32,000 bases of DNA from Sulfolobus acidocaldarius DSM 639 (GCF_000012285.1 NC_007181.1:1620001-1652000); one strand, 5' to 3'. Shown: positions 9,734 through 20,214, counted from the first letter of the stretch. The notes: a model not told the origin generated them from the sequence alone. Program-made: numbers and translations.

Positions 9734-10903
9734 ATGAGTATTGAGATTTCAGGTATGGAGAAATTAAGGGAAGGATCTTTGTTCTATGCCATTTTATTAA
9801 TTCTGATCTTAATACTACTTCCAATAGTATTCGTGGGAACAACATTTGCTGGTGCTACGGTATTAGGTTTATTTCAACAACCCTTCTCATCAGGACAACT
9901 TATTACATCCTCAGCTTCAATCGTGGTAGGAGTAGCACTATTGCCACTTGGAGCAATAATCTCAGGGTTAATAATTCTATTCTCTGTATTCCTAATGTTT
10001 TACCGAAATTCAATAAGAGGTTTCTACGCTATAATTTCATCGGGTAAGAGCGATGTGAAAGGGGGAGTCTATTCCTTAACTATGATACTTATAGGCGGAA
10101 TAATAATCGTAATCGGCATAGCCCTACTGTTATCAAGTGTTTTCTCTCCTAATCTTATTCAAGTATTAATTGATCTTGGAGCTATCATAGGAGGGACCGG
10201 TTTTATCATTACTTCTATAGGATTCATTATATTAGGCTTAGATTATAGTAACTTGGGCAGGGTATACTCAAATGGGGGTATAAATGTTTCAGGGAGAATG
10301 ATTTCGATAGCTCATGTACTATTTCTGGCTAGCTTTGGAGTCATTTTAGTTACATCACCGACTTTTACGACAATCATAAACGGCATTAACAACCTTACAA
10401 CAAACCTTTTAGGCATATTTATTGGAGTCTTAATGAGTTCAATTGGGTACGCACTTGATATAATAGGATTCCTCAAATTATACTCCAACTTAAGAGTTTC
10501 ATCAGTGAGTGTTCCTGTTAGTCAAGTGAGTTCCATGCCACAGCAAAATGTAGTAGTTCAACAAACCAACATCCCTCAGGTTAAACAACAGGATAATATT
10601 TCCCAGCCGAACCAACAGACAGTCACTGAACAGCCTCCGCAAAACTCTGGAACGTTAAACAGGGACGGAACTGCAAATTTAATAGTTTACTCCCAGTATC
10701 CTTTACAGATTTTAAGTGCAAGTTTATCAGGTGTTGGAGTAATTACTAATGATGTAAACCCGAACCAGCTTAAAGTTGGTGTAAATTACGTCACAGTTAA
10801 CTTCAGGACACCCCTTTCCCTTTCTCAGGAAGAGAAGTATACTATCTCTCTTGCTCTTTCTAACGGACAGATAATGAGCGTTGAAGTGACCTATAAGAGT
10901 TAA
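9734..10903 (+). CDS. polytopic membrane protein with Q/P-rich linker and C-terminal beta-rich domain (paralog B)
   Basis: 389-codon ORF. A TTTATTTT box at 9697-9704 predicts a TSS about 5 nt before the ATG. Multiple TM helices are followed by a Q-rich linker (QQNVVVQQTNIPQVKQQDNISQPNQQ). The ~85-aa C-terminal domain is clearly homologous to that of 8143..9138 (VTVNFRTPLSL..YTISLALSNGQIMSVEVTY vs LTINFNTPLNL..YVIRISLSNNTFIDVNAVY). Confidence 0.8.
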   Translation: MSIEISGMEKLREGSLFYAILLILILILLPIVFVGTTFAGATVLGLFQQPFSSGQLITSSASIVVGVALLPLGAIISGLIILFSVFLMFYRNSIRGFYAIISSGKSDVKGGVYSLTMILIGGIIIVIGIALLLSSVFSPNLIQVLIDLGAIIGGTGFIITSIGFIILGLDYSNLGRVYSNGGINVSGRMISIAHVLFLASFGVILVTSPTFTTIINGINNLTTNLLGIFIGVLMSSIGYALDIIGFLKLYSNLRVSSVSVPVSQVSSMPQQNVVVQQTNIPQVKQQDNISQPNQQTVTEQPPQNSGTLNRDGTANLIVYSQYPLQILSASLSGVGVITNDVNPNQLKVGVNYVTVNFRTPLSLSQEEKYTISLALSNGQIMSVEVTYKS

Positions 10904-11233
10904 GATGTTTCGTGATGACGCTACCAAGTTTTTAATTCCTCAACTTTAAAAATAGTCACTTAAATCATAAATTAGGAAAATAATATAAAAAGATTTTAAG
11001 TCAATTCAGATAAATCTACATAAGGTCATAAGCCTATAGAACGCGTAAGGTGATGTAACTCTCAATTTCTTAGGAATATATGTATATCCATTTGTGAGAT
11101 ATAATACTCTCTTCTTATGTACAATATTACATAAAAGACAAAAGGATCTAGATGTTTTCCCATTATGTATACGTTGCGTATCCTAGATTAAAAAATGAAT
11201 AATTTACATGAAACACCTCATAGGACTACAACA

Positions 11234-12679
11234 CTATATAGGATATTTCCTCTCCCTCTGAGTAATAGTAGTCCACCTTTCATATGTAGTTTCTCTGAAG
11301 GAGTACTCTCCTCCCTCCCTACCTATCCCACTGGCTTTTATCCCTCCGAAAGGAATATGGCTCTCCTCCAACATGGTCACGTCATTTATATGCACCATAC
11401 CGCTCTCTATCTGCTCAACAAATTTGAAAGCTCTTGTCACATTTCTTGTAACTACAGCCGCAGACAGACCATACTCAGTGTCATTTGCAACCTCTATAGC
11501 CTCCTCGTCGTCCTTGACTCTTAATACAGGTCTAATAGGACCAAAGACCTCCTCTTTCATTATCCTGAAGTTCCTGTCCACATCAGTAACCACTGTGGGG
11601 TAAAAATAGTTACCATCCCACTTCCCACCTGTCATTATCTTGCCTCCCCTCTTCACAGAGTCCTCATAGAACTCTATCATACTCTCAACTTGCCTTTTAC
11701 TTATTAAGGGTCCCTGCTCAATGGTCCTATCCCTTGGGTCACCGACCTTAAGCTGTGACACCCTCTCGACAAACTTCTTTACAAACGCTTCATACACTTT
11801 TTCACTAACTATAATTCTCTTGCTAGAGGTGCAAATTTGACCCTGGTGGAAGAAAGCACCAAATACTGCAATCTTAACCGCTAAGTTAACATCGGCATCA
11901 TCTAATACGATAAGAGGGTCGCTACCCCCAAGTTCAAGGGTCACGGTCTTGAGGGAGTGACCAGCCTTACTGGCGATCTCCCTCCCAGTGTTTGTCTCTC
12001 CGGTGAAGGTTACATGGGAAACTCTCTTGTTGGTAACTATTTCGTCCCCCACGGCGGATCCAGGACCTGTGACCACGTTTACTACACCCTTAGGTAGCCC
12101 AGCACGCTGGACAAGTTCAGCGATCTTAACACCGATTATAGGTGTCTCACTTGACAGCTTTAGAACCACGGTGTTCCCAATCGCTAGGCTATGGGCGACT
12201 TTCTTCATACTTATTGACAAGGGATAGTTCCAGGGTGTTATTGCACCGACAACACCCTTGGGTTTTCTAAATGTCATTGAAATTATCCCTTCACTGTCAG
12301 ATGGGATAGTCTCTCCCTTGAAGTGCCTAGCCATTTCAGCGGCGTTACGGACTAACCTCTCCGTGAAGACCACCTCTCCCCATGCCTTTTTATACGTCCC
12401 ACCTCCCTCAACTATCAGTGTATTTATGAGGTCACCCTCATTAGCCCTTATAGTCTCTTCCAACTTTAACAGGTATTCAGAGCGCTTCATGGCTGTTAGA
12501 GATGACCAACCCTTGAAAGCTTCGTAGGCGGAATCAATAGCCCTCTTAGCGTCTTCCCTGTCCCCCACAGCGATCTCAGCTAAAGGTGAGTTGTCTATAG
12601 GCGAGGTCTTTACTTTATATTCCCCAGAGTGAGGTTCTGAAAACTCTCCGTTTATGAAGAGCTTGTACCTTACTACCAT
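11234..12679 (-). CDS. NAD(P)+-dependent aldehyde dehydrogenase (ALDH superfamily)
   Basis: The 481-aa product has the canonical ALDH motifs: VTLELGGSDP (catalytic Glu), FFHQGQICTSS (catalytic Cys), EEVFGP and GPGS..G in the cofactor region. GC is visibly higher (about 50% in hand-counted lines) than in most of the window. Four plus-strand track ORFs inside it are antisense shadows. Confidence 0.93.
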   Translation of the reverse strand: MVVRYKLFINGEFSEPHSGEYKVKTSPIDNSPLAEIAVGDREDAKRAIDSAYEAFKGWSSLTAMKRSEYLLKLEETIRANEGDLINTLIVEGGGTYKKAWGEVVFTERLVRNAAEMARHFKGETIPSDSEGIISMTFRKPKGVVGAITPWNYPLSISMKKVAHSLAIGNTVVLKLSSETPIIGVKIAELVQRAGLPKGVVNVVTGPGSAVGDEIVTNKRVSHVTFTGETNTGREIASKAGHSLKTVTLELGGSDPLIVLDDADVNLAVKIAVFGAFFHQGQICTSSKRIIVSEKVYEAFVKKFVERVSQLKVGDPRDRTIEQGPLISKRQVESMIEFYEDSVKRGGKIMTGGKWDGNYFYPTVVTDVDRNFRIMKEEVFGPIRPVLRVKDDEEAIEVANDTEYGLSAAVVTRNVTRAFKFVEQIESGMVHINDVTMLEESHIPFGGIKASGIGREGGEYSFRETTYERWTTITQRERKYPI

Positions 12680-13060
12680 GTGATATATTACTATCCGGTA
12701 TATTTAAAATTTTCAGAGAGAGTTGTTTTTAATATGGCATGTTTTTACTTGAAGTAAACAGAGCAATAGAAAGTAGTTTTATAGTCACTTTGTACGATAG
12801 ATAATTTTAGTCCCGGAAATGAATCTTCTTATCCTTCTTATAGTGGTACCACATGCTTCATGACTAATCGTAGCTCTACAAGTCTAGAGGTGATATTGAA
12901 TGACTTTAACTAGAACCGTGATTCTCGAAATTAATATTTAACGTGTGTTAGCTGAGATATCCTCTACTTTATGTGATGTTTAGTAATAAAATAATCAGTC
13001 CAATGTTTCACATTTAATATGAACCCTGGACAGAAAAAATTAATGTAGTGGGAGTGAAAA

Positions 13061-14449
13061 ATGAGCCTCAAAATTAAGTCGAAGATAACAATCGGTGTAC
13101 TATTAATAATTTTTCTACTCTCTATAATCTTTACGCTGGAAAACGTTTCTCTAGCTCAAACTTCTCCTCAGATTTCGGTCTATAAGGTAGTCGGTTCAGC
13201 TGACCTCTCTAACCCAGGTAGTGCGGGTTATTGGAGCCAAATACCCTGGACTAATATCTCCTTAACGGCTAATATACCGATGGCTCCTACTTCTGGGCTA
13301 ACACATTACTTATTAGTTAAAGCAGCTTGGAACGGCTCATGGATATTCATACTTGAGGAGTGGCAAGCTCCAGAACCTGCATTTAACGCTTGGTCAACAG
13401 CTGTTGCTGGAATATATCCAAATGCTTCTGGTCCAGGGTTATTTAGAATGATTGAGCTCACCCCTGGGACCACTTACAGCCTAGAGAGAAACTATACCAA
13501 TTATGTATCAATAATAAATGGAAAGGAAGAGACAGGTAGAATAGTCTTTAACTACTCTGGAATAACATTACCAGCTCCTAATAATACTGAAATAACTGTC
13601 ATGTCCAATGGGACAATACTATTATGGCACTCTCCAAGACCTGTAGAGGACTTGTTATATAATGATGGAATGTTTTACGGTTATTATGTCAACTCAACGT
13701 GGTATTATCCAGACAGGGCTGCGATAATGTGGTATTTAGGGAGTGGTGTACCGACTAAAGACGACATGAACATAGGCGGAAAATATCCAGGACAACAATT
13801 TGATGGAATAACATTTAAGGATGCTGGGGGCTCCCTAGCCCAATCAGGAGGTTCAGCTAATATTTGGATGTGGGTATCTGGTGCTACTTGGAATAACTCC
13901 ACATATGATCCTGCATTCAAATCGAACATTTGGCAAAACGAATCGTTAACTGGTTTATCTTATGTGGATAGTGGAAATCACGGCTTCGCTGTTCCTTTAT
14001 ACACAAATAACACTAACATGTACGAGGTAGATACAGCAGGGATATGGTACACTCCAGTAGCATCAGAGGGATTAAATGGCTCATTATTTTTTATATGGAC
14101 TGGAGCCAAATATGAAAATGGATCATGGGTTGTGGAGTTCGCCAGACCCCTTTCTGTACCGTTAGACTACCAGCCATTTATGCCAAACATAACTGTAGGA
14201 AAGACATACTATGTTGCCTTTGCAGTGTGGCAAGGTAGGTTAGGTGAAACTTTATTTGATAAATCGATTACCTCTAGCTTTTTGTCATTAGAGCTAGTGA
14301 CAACCCCACCAACTTCAACAACTACCTCAACTTCACCTGTGACTACAATATCATCTGCTATACCACCTGTCACACTTTACGTGACCATAATAGGAGTAGT
14401 TGTAGCTCTGGTCGCATTGGTAATACTGTATGTGGTGTTTAGGAGATGA
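13061..14449 (+). CDS. cbsA: cytochrome b558/566 subunit A-like glycoprotein
   Basis: First gene of a five-gene same-strand cluster whose order and sizes match the published S. acidocaldarius cbsAB-soxLN-odsN locus. It has an N-terminal anchor, a large extracytoplasmic domain with at least 15 N-x-S/T sequons, a Thr/Ser-rich stalk ([16 protein letters not shown]) and a C-terminal TM helix plus RR. A GGAGTGA Shine-Dalgarno-like sequence precedes the ATG. Confidence 0.85.
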
Positions 14450-15378
14450 GCGTTTTCAGAGATCTAAGAGAAAACTTGAGACCTTTCTTAATAGTGCTCG
14501 GAATATCCTCTTTCTTTCAGTTCGTATTTAAGGAAGCTTTCATGTATCCATCTATTCTACCCCTAAACGTGCCAAATGAGGGAATTTTAGAAACACTAGG
14601 CAATGTGTTCTTTTACGTCTACTTTTTTACTATACTTTTAACCTCTTTATTATTGATTGAGAAGTATAAATTAATGACATTGATTACCGCATCTCTGATA
14701 ATTTCCCTTTTCGCTCCACTAATTCCTAATTATAATATGTCTCCATTTTGGTACTCCTTTGAAATATTTATAACGATAGTAGGTATTTCACTGATGATTG
14801 AGAGTGTCCTCAAGTCTTCAATCTACTCCCTCCTCTTATTACCCACAATGTTTATGGTAGCTGTAGGTCTAATTGGCTCTATATCATTGAATGTATTTCA
14901 TCACGCGCTTTTCATGAGTTATATCATGGCCTACTTAATTTCATTGCTAGGTTATTTAAGCTACACGTTATTGTGGGATAAAAAGAAAAGTATTAGAAGT
15001 TACATAGGTATAGCAGTTGGTGTATTGGTACTTATCCCATTCATCTTTTCAATATACGAAGTAGGTAGTAATAGGTACTTAGAAATTTTAATGAACATGA
15101 TATTGCCTTCAACACTAGGAATTGACCTGTATAATCCTTACCATATCACACTCTTACTTCTAGCCCTAGGTCTCTCTGCTATGGGCATCGTAATGTCAAT
15201 AATAAAAGGTAACTACTCAGCTGGAATAGGTTACTTCATTGTAATCTCTACAGTGTTTTTAGGCATCGACGGATACCAAGTCTTAATATACATGATATCT
15301 CCAATTATAGGCTTCTCCCTAATAACCTACAACGAGAAAAAACGTATCATTGACATTATCAGTCCAAGAACTAAATGA
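14446..15378 (+). CDS. cbsB: cytochrome b558/566 subunit B-like polytopic membrane protein
   Basis: The ATG overlaps the cbsA TGA stop (ATGA at 14446-14449). The 310-aa product is very hydrophobic with many TM helices. The call rests on position in the conserved cluster. Confidence 0.8.
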
Positions 15379-15449
15379 TATATTTTTTCACACTATCTGT
15401 TCATTAGTGATTAAATTTGATAAAGTTTAGATTAGGTAATGATGAAGAG

Positions 15450-16394
15450 ATGAAAATTTTAGATTATTCGGATCTGGTCTTCTTTAGGAAGTTGACTAAT
15501 AAGATGAGAGACCCTAAGACAAGATTTGACGTGAGGGAATTCATAAACAGGGGAGAGGACTACCTGTTCAATTACACTAATAAGAACGTGGGTGGCGTAG
15601 ACGAGAGGAGGAGGAAGTTTCTGAAGTCACTGATATTTGGAATGGCTGCAGCTGCAGTTGTAGGAATTATACCTGGAGTCAGTGTTCTAGTACCACCTAC
15701 AGTTACTGTTGCAACTGGATTTCCAAAGTCACTATTAATAGATTCCTCAGGAAATCCGGTAAAGGCTTCGTCTTTACCAGTAAATAGTCCCTATATCATG
15801 GTCTTTGAATACCCAATGACTGGAGAGCCTAATTTCTTAATAAACTTAGGCGATTCGAGTGGGAGACCAGTTGAGATCAACCCTACCAAGGTAGTAATAC
15901 CTCAAACGGGGAAAACCTATGACTTCCCTGGAGGAGTAGGTCCTAATAAGTCAATTGTCGCTTATTCAGCCATTTGTCAACATCTGGGTTGTACACCGCC
16001 GTATATTCACTTTTATCCTCCCAATTATGTCAATTCAGGTCAGCTAACAGCTTCAGAGCCAGACCAACTGACAGCAGCTGCTTTATTAGCAGCGAGACAA
16101 GCAAATGTACCAGCTTTGATACATTGTGACTGCCATGGGTCAACTTATGATCCTTACCACGGTGCATCTGTATTAACTGGACCCACAGTAAGACCTTTAC
16201 CTGCCGTTATACTCGAATGGGACTCCTCAACAGATTACTTATATGCCATAGGATCTGTTGGTGTAGCAGTTTATCCAAATGGCAGTAATGGGATACCTTC
16301 TCAAGATCCAACTGAAGATCTAAGCTCAAGTTTTGGCACCTCTGTGGGAGAGAAGATAACAGTGTCTCAAACAGAAAATCCCTTCTCCTCATAA
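15450..16394 (+). CDS. soxL: Rieske [2Fe-2S] iron-sulfur protein
   Basis: Twin-arginine signal ERRRKFLKSLIFGMAAAAVVG. Rieske cluster boxes CQHLGC and CDCHGSTYD. The start is uncertain: the maximal ORF begins at TTG 15417, and ATGs occur at 15450 and 15504. Confidence 0.9.
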   Translation: MKILDYSDLVFFRKLTNKMRDPKTRFDVREFINRGEDYLFNYTNKNVGGVDERRRKFLKSLIFGMAAAAVVGIIPGVSVLVPPTVTVATGFPKSLLIDSSGNPVKASSLPVNSPYIMVFEYPMTGEPNFLINLGDSSGRPVEINPTKVVIPQTGKTYDFPGGVGPNKSIVAYSAICQHLGCTPPYIHFYPPNYVNSGQLTASEPDQLTAAALLAARQANVPALIHCDCHGSTYDPYHGASVLTGPTVRPLPAVILEWDSSTDYLYAIGSVGVAVYPNGSNGIPSQDPTEDLSSSFGTSVGEKITVSQTENPFSS

Positions 16395-16424
16395 GTCCAA
16401 CGCTTTATTTTTATATTTTAGATT

Positions 16425-18038
16425 ATGGAACCATCCTTTATGGGAGTATCAGATTGGTTTAAAGAGAGATTAGGGCTGGATGATTTACCATTCTTCAGGA
16501 CACCAGATTACATGTATAACGTAAACTATTGGTTAGGTTCACTAGTGGCTGCAGCGTTCATTTATACTGTAGTTTCAGGTCTTATCCTCTTATTATACTA
16601 TAACGCGGAGGCTGGCTACTCCTCAACTGAATTCATAATACAAAAAGTGCCCTATGGTTCTGTGATCCTTTACAGCCATCTTTATGGTGCTTATGCAATG
16701 ATAATTTTAGCCTATATTCACATGTTTAGAAATTATTTTGCAGGAGCGTATAAAAAACCTAGGGAACTGTTGTGGATAATTGGTGTTATAATGCTTGTAC
16801 TAACCTTAGGGACAGCGTTTCTGGGATATAGCTTAATAGGCGACGCACTGGCTACTAGCGCTGTAGATGTAGGTGAGGGTATAATAAGCAGTGTACCTGG
16901 GCTATCAATCTTCATTCCCATCCTGTTTGGAAATTATGACGCTGGATATTATGGAAGAGTCTTAGCTTGGCACATAATCTTTGTTGCCTTAATTGGCTTA
17001 CTTTTCATCTTCCACTTCTTCATGGCTGAGCACTACGGCATTATGCCTTCAAGGAAGGTAAAAGATAGGGCTCCTGCAGTGTATGCGAGAGAAGAGTGGC
17101 AAAAGTTCAATCCTTGGTGGCCTAGAAATTTCGTGTACATGATGTCACTAGTATTCTTGACCTGGGGCTTCATATTGTTAATACCCAACGCCTTGGCTTA
17201 CTTGAACGGTTTACCTCAACAACTAAACCCCTTCTTAAATCCTCAACCAGCCCCCCCACCCAATAGCCCAGCAGCTGCACATATCACAACTTATCCTCCA
17301 TGGTTCTTCCTATTCCTATATAAGATAGCTGACTTTACGAATGACGTCTTAATATTCCTTTTCATAGGCGTTATTATTCCACTTTTATACTTAATTTTGG
17401 TTCCATTCATAGACAGATCTCCCCACTTAGATTTAAAGAAAAGAAGGTTGTTTACAGCATTCGGAATATTGATGGTAACGTACCTAATACAAACCACAAT
17501 TTTTGGAGATTTGACACCAGGGGTAGAGATATCTATTATTCAACAAATAATAGTCTACTTACCACCAGCAGTAATTACTTTGGTAGGAGTTTTTGCGTTA
17601 CCGACTGGGTCAAATAAAAAAGCTATAGCCAATCCCTTAGGTATTTTAGCTGTCCTGGCAACCTCCATATTATTTGCCGGAGCTTTAATAACATTTGTTG
17701 TATCGCCATCATTACTCACTATAACAGCGTTTACAGTATTTGCGTTAATATTTGTCCTGTCCATAAGGAACTTATCACCAATAGTTCTGAAGTCTGAAGG
17801 AGAACATAGAGATGCTAAAGCAGTTCTTGAAAAACCTGAAAACAGAGAGCTTAAGAAGAAGATCGCTGAAATACTGATAAGTATCCTCTTCATTCTCTCA
17901 GTTGTATTAGCATCTCAACTGTGGGTGATACCATCAACTGGTTACCTGTCCAATATATTTGGGATAGACCTAGGGTCAATATTTATAATGCTTGGTGAGG
18001 CAATTTCACTATACCATTACGTTGTTTATAAAAGGTGA
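16425..18038 (+). CDS. soxN: cytochrome b of the bc1-analogous complex
   Basis: The 537-aa polytopic protein has cytochrome b signatures (HMFRNYF..Y.KPRELLWIIGV....FLGYSL and a second His pair in AWHIIFVALIGLLFIFHF). It lies immediately downstream of the Rieske gene. A TTTATTTTTATA stretch directly precedes the ATG. Confidence 0.9.
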   Translation: MEPSFMGVSDWFKERLGLDDLPFFRTPDYMYNVNYWLGSLVAAAFIYTVVSGLILLLYYNAEAGYSSTEFIIQKVPYGSVILYSHLYGAYAMIILAYIHMFRNYFAGAYKKPRELLWIIGVIMLVLTLGTAFLGYSLIGDALATSAVDVGEGIISSVPGLSIFIPILFGNYDAGYYGRVLAWHIIFVALIGLLFIFHFFMAEHYGIMPSRKVKDRAPAVYAREEWQKFNPWWPRNFVYMMSLVFLTWGFILLIPNALAYLNGLPQQLNPFLNPQPAPPPNSPAAAHITTYPPWFFLFLYKIADFTNDVLIFLFIGVIIPLLYLILVPFIDRSPHLDLKKRRLFTAFGILMVTYLIQTTIFGDLTPGVEISIIQQIIVYLPPAVITLVGVFALPTGSNKKAIANPLGILAVLATSILFAGALITFVVSPSLLTITAFTVFALIFVLSIRNLSPIVLKSEGEHRDAKAVLEKPENRELKKKIAEILISILFILSVVLASQLWVIPSTGYLSNIFGIDLGSIFIMLGEAISLYHYVVYKR

Positions 18039-18054
18039 CTTAAATAAACAGGTG

Positions 18055-18354
18055 ATGAGAATGATAAATGTAGGGTTTTACTATAAAATAAAAAAGGGAC
18101 ATGAGAAGGAATTTGAGGAGAAATTTCTTGAGATAGTAAAAATATTGAAGACCACGAACTCAGGCTTAATAGAGGCTAAATTATACAGGTCAGTGGAAGA
18201 CCCCACAGAATACCTTATGTACACTGAGTGGAAAGACCTAGATTCATTTAGAAACTTCATACTAAGTGAAGGTTATAAGAACACTGTTAGCTACGGTAAG
18301 ACAATACTTGATGGAAAACCTACCCATAGAGTACTTCAAGAGCTCAACACGTGA
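18055..18354 (+). CDS. odsN: small ABM/dimeric alpha-beta-barrel-like protein, last gene of the cbs-sox cluster
   Basis: The track ORF starts inside soxN. ATG 18055 lies 17 nt after the soxN stop and is preceded by GGTG. The product (MRMINVGFYYKIKKGHEKEFEEKF...YLMYTEWKDLDSFRNF) resembles antibiotic-biosynthesis-monooxygenase-fold proteins. The name comes from position in the published locus. Confidence 0.7.
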   Translation: MRMINVGFYYKIKKGHEKEFEEKFLEIVKILKTTNSGLIEAKLYRSVEDPTEYLMYTEWKDLDSFRNFILSEGYKNTVSYGKTILDGKPTHRVLQELNT

Positions 18355-18613
18355 GTTGCTGAACCTACACCACTGTCAGAGGATGTAATATACATTGTTG
18401 AGGGGTTGAGAACTTCTCTAGGACGAAAAAGTACTTAATTAAACAGCCAGCAGTAGAGAAACTGCTCTGGAGACTGAGATCGAAGCGTTTTCTTAGAAAT
18501 TAAGAATCAAGAACACGTATTAAAGTTAAAATTGAAAGTTAACTGAGTTAATGTTGCTTTATAATCATTATAAATAGACAACTATTTTTACTAATTGTGC
18601 GAGTATTTACGTT

Positions 18614-19111
18614 GTGCATGAGTTCACGTTTACAAAAATTGAAAGACCAATTAGTGAGCGTAGAATTATGTTTTTAAGGTCTGATATCTTTCAACGCCTT
18701 TCCGATGACAAGATTATGAAAATTATTTCGTCACATGAGAGACAGGGGATAAGTAAAAGCTATTTTTATTTCCTTCTAGACAGGCTCAGGTACCTCAAGA
18801 TAATGAAAGATAATTCTATCGCCTTTAAGATGATAATCCCATTTAGGGTAAACGGTAATATAAAATTCTCAAACGGTTTAGCTTACATTTCATCTAATAA
18901 CACCTTGTACTATATTAACTTGGAATTCAATGAGTATTCATGTACAAGTTGTCCAGTAAAGAATCAATGTGTAGTAGGTATGAAAAAGGTAGCTAAAGAA
19001 AATGATATAAAGATATCGAAAGAAAATCCAAGAGAAGCATGGTATTCGGTTATAAATCAAATTCATGATCAGATAAAATATAAAATAATAAACGCGGTTT
19101 TGGAAGAATAA
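18614..19111 (+). CDS. hypothetical protein, possible HTH plus Cys-rich motif, convergent with cas6
   Basis: 165-codon ORF with a GTG start (ATG alternative at 18668). TATA-like boxes lie at 18568-18575 and 18583-18590. It contains an HTH-like stretch (GISKSYFYFLLDRLRYLKIM) and CTSCPVKNQC. I recognise no family. Confidence 0.55.
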   Translation: MHEFTFTKIERPISERRIMFLRSDIFQRLSDDKIMKIISSHERQGISKSYFYFLLDRLRYLKIMKDNSIAFKMIIPFRVNGNIKFSNGLAYISSNNTLYYINLEFNEYSCTSCPVKNQCVVGMKKVAKENDIKISKENPREAWYSVINQIHDQIKYKIINAVLEE

Positions 19112-19368
19112 CATAAACTGATATATACCGTAAGTATAAACTAGGTTTCGTTAAATGAATTAATTCTCAAGGCTCTTTATCTCATTAACTTATATGAAAT
19201 GAGATCATTCTTAGAATATCATATAGTCCAGCTGAGCTTAAAACGACTTTTCCTTGTACAATCACTCAGTTACCATTCAAAGAGGTAAGGAAGAGAGGTA
19301 TTCTGAAAGCCATACATATTATTCATACAAACTCAGTCTGATTACACTGTCATCTATACTCCCTCTCT

Positions 19369-20214
19369 TCATTCCACTTTGACTCTCCCTAGACCAATGC
19401 CTCTAGATCTCCCAATCCCAAATATTTTTGCCAAACCCAATAACCTTTCGAAGGTCTCTAAATACCTTGGGTTCACATTAATCACCTCATACTTCACCCA
19501 TCCCACAAACCCCCTAGCTTGCCTTATCCTCTGGTTATTGTCCTTACCGATTATGACTGTCACAGGTCTTAATGAATACCCTATCTCAGCGAAGGCTACA
19601 TCGGCTATCCTCCCAATATAGTATGGTGTCCACTCCAAATCACCCTTCACGATCCTCTCCCTCTCATCTGCAATTGAGTTCCACAGATTGGCTAAAAAGG
19701 AGAAGATCAGTGAGGGTTGCGGTATAAGCCTATTCATACTCCTCACCTTCTTCTTTTTGAAGACCGGTGGCACCATGTACTTGTTGGACAGTAAGGTCGG
19801 TGACTCAAACCTCAGGTTTACATTCCTCTCCTTTATTTCATGTCTGATGTCCTTTAATTGATTTATGTATATGGTCTTGAGCAAGACGTAGAACTCCCCA
19901 TATGAAGTTGAGACGTCTCCGTCTAAGTCAAAGGTCTTTTCATTCACCTCAGAGGTTGCTACTGAGAAGGTAAAGTGGAGTTTCTCACCCCTCATAGCTC
20001 GTAATAACTTCCCGTCGTTTTCTGCATATAAGAATCTCCCGTTGGAACTCAGGGGAGAGATGGATAGTTCCTTGTACTTCTTCTTACTACCAATTAATTC
20101 CCCTATTTGTTGATTCTTACTGAGAATGAACTTAGCCACCTTTGAGGTCAGGAGAGGTAAAATTACGTCATGTTTCGGTATCACGTCTATTTCGGCTGAA
20201 ACTATCAGTGTCAT
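19369..20214 (-). CDS. cas6: Cas6-like CRISPR repeat endoribonuclease (stand-alone)
   Basis: About 281 aa, a size typical of Sulfolobus Cas6. The C-terminal glycine-rich loop FGIGRSRGIGLGRVKVE matches the Cas6/RAMP G-rich motif. The track start is ATG 20220, but a TTTTTATAA box (20246-20238, minus strand) predicts a TSS near 20213, favouring ATG 20214. No other cas gene is present in the window. Confidence 0.8.
   Translation of the reverse strand: MTLIVSAEIDVIPKHDVILPLLTSKVAKFILSKNQQIGELIGSKKKYKELSISPLSSNGRFLYAENDGKLLRAMRGEKLHFTFSVATSEVNEKTFDLDGDVSTSYGEFYVLLKTIYINQLKDIRHEIKERNVNLRFESPTLLSNKYMVPPVFKKKKVRSMNRLIPQPSLIFSFLANLWNSIADERERIVKGDLEWTPYYIGRIADVAFAEIGYSLRPVTVIIGKDNNQRIRQARGFVGWVKYEVINVNPRYLETFERLLGLAKIFGIGRSRGIGLGRVKVE

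Noticed and set aside
9612-9737. 41-codon ORF whose TGA overlaps the ATG of paralog B (ATGA).
   Set aside because: The product is very AT-rich low-complexity sequence, and it would contain the TATA box that best explains a leaderless transcript starting at about 9729.
11195-12527. Four plus-strand ORFs (11195..11524, 11373..11603, 11988..12227, 12258..12527).
   Set aside because: All lie antisense within the strongly supported aldehyde dehydrogenase gene and have Ser/Thr/Pro/Leu-rich shadow-ORF composition.
16207-17893. Minus-strand ORFs inside soxL/soxN (16207..16392, 16733..16921, 17291..17497, 17555..17893).
   Set aside because: They are antisense to genes with diagnostic Rieske and cytochrome b motifs and carry no independent signals.
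18529-18538. AAATTGAAAG (crRNA-handle-like) on the plus strand upstream of the 165-aa ORF.
   Set aside because: An AT-rich 9-10-mer is expected about once by chance in a window of this size, and the upstream sequence does not resemble a repeat.
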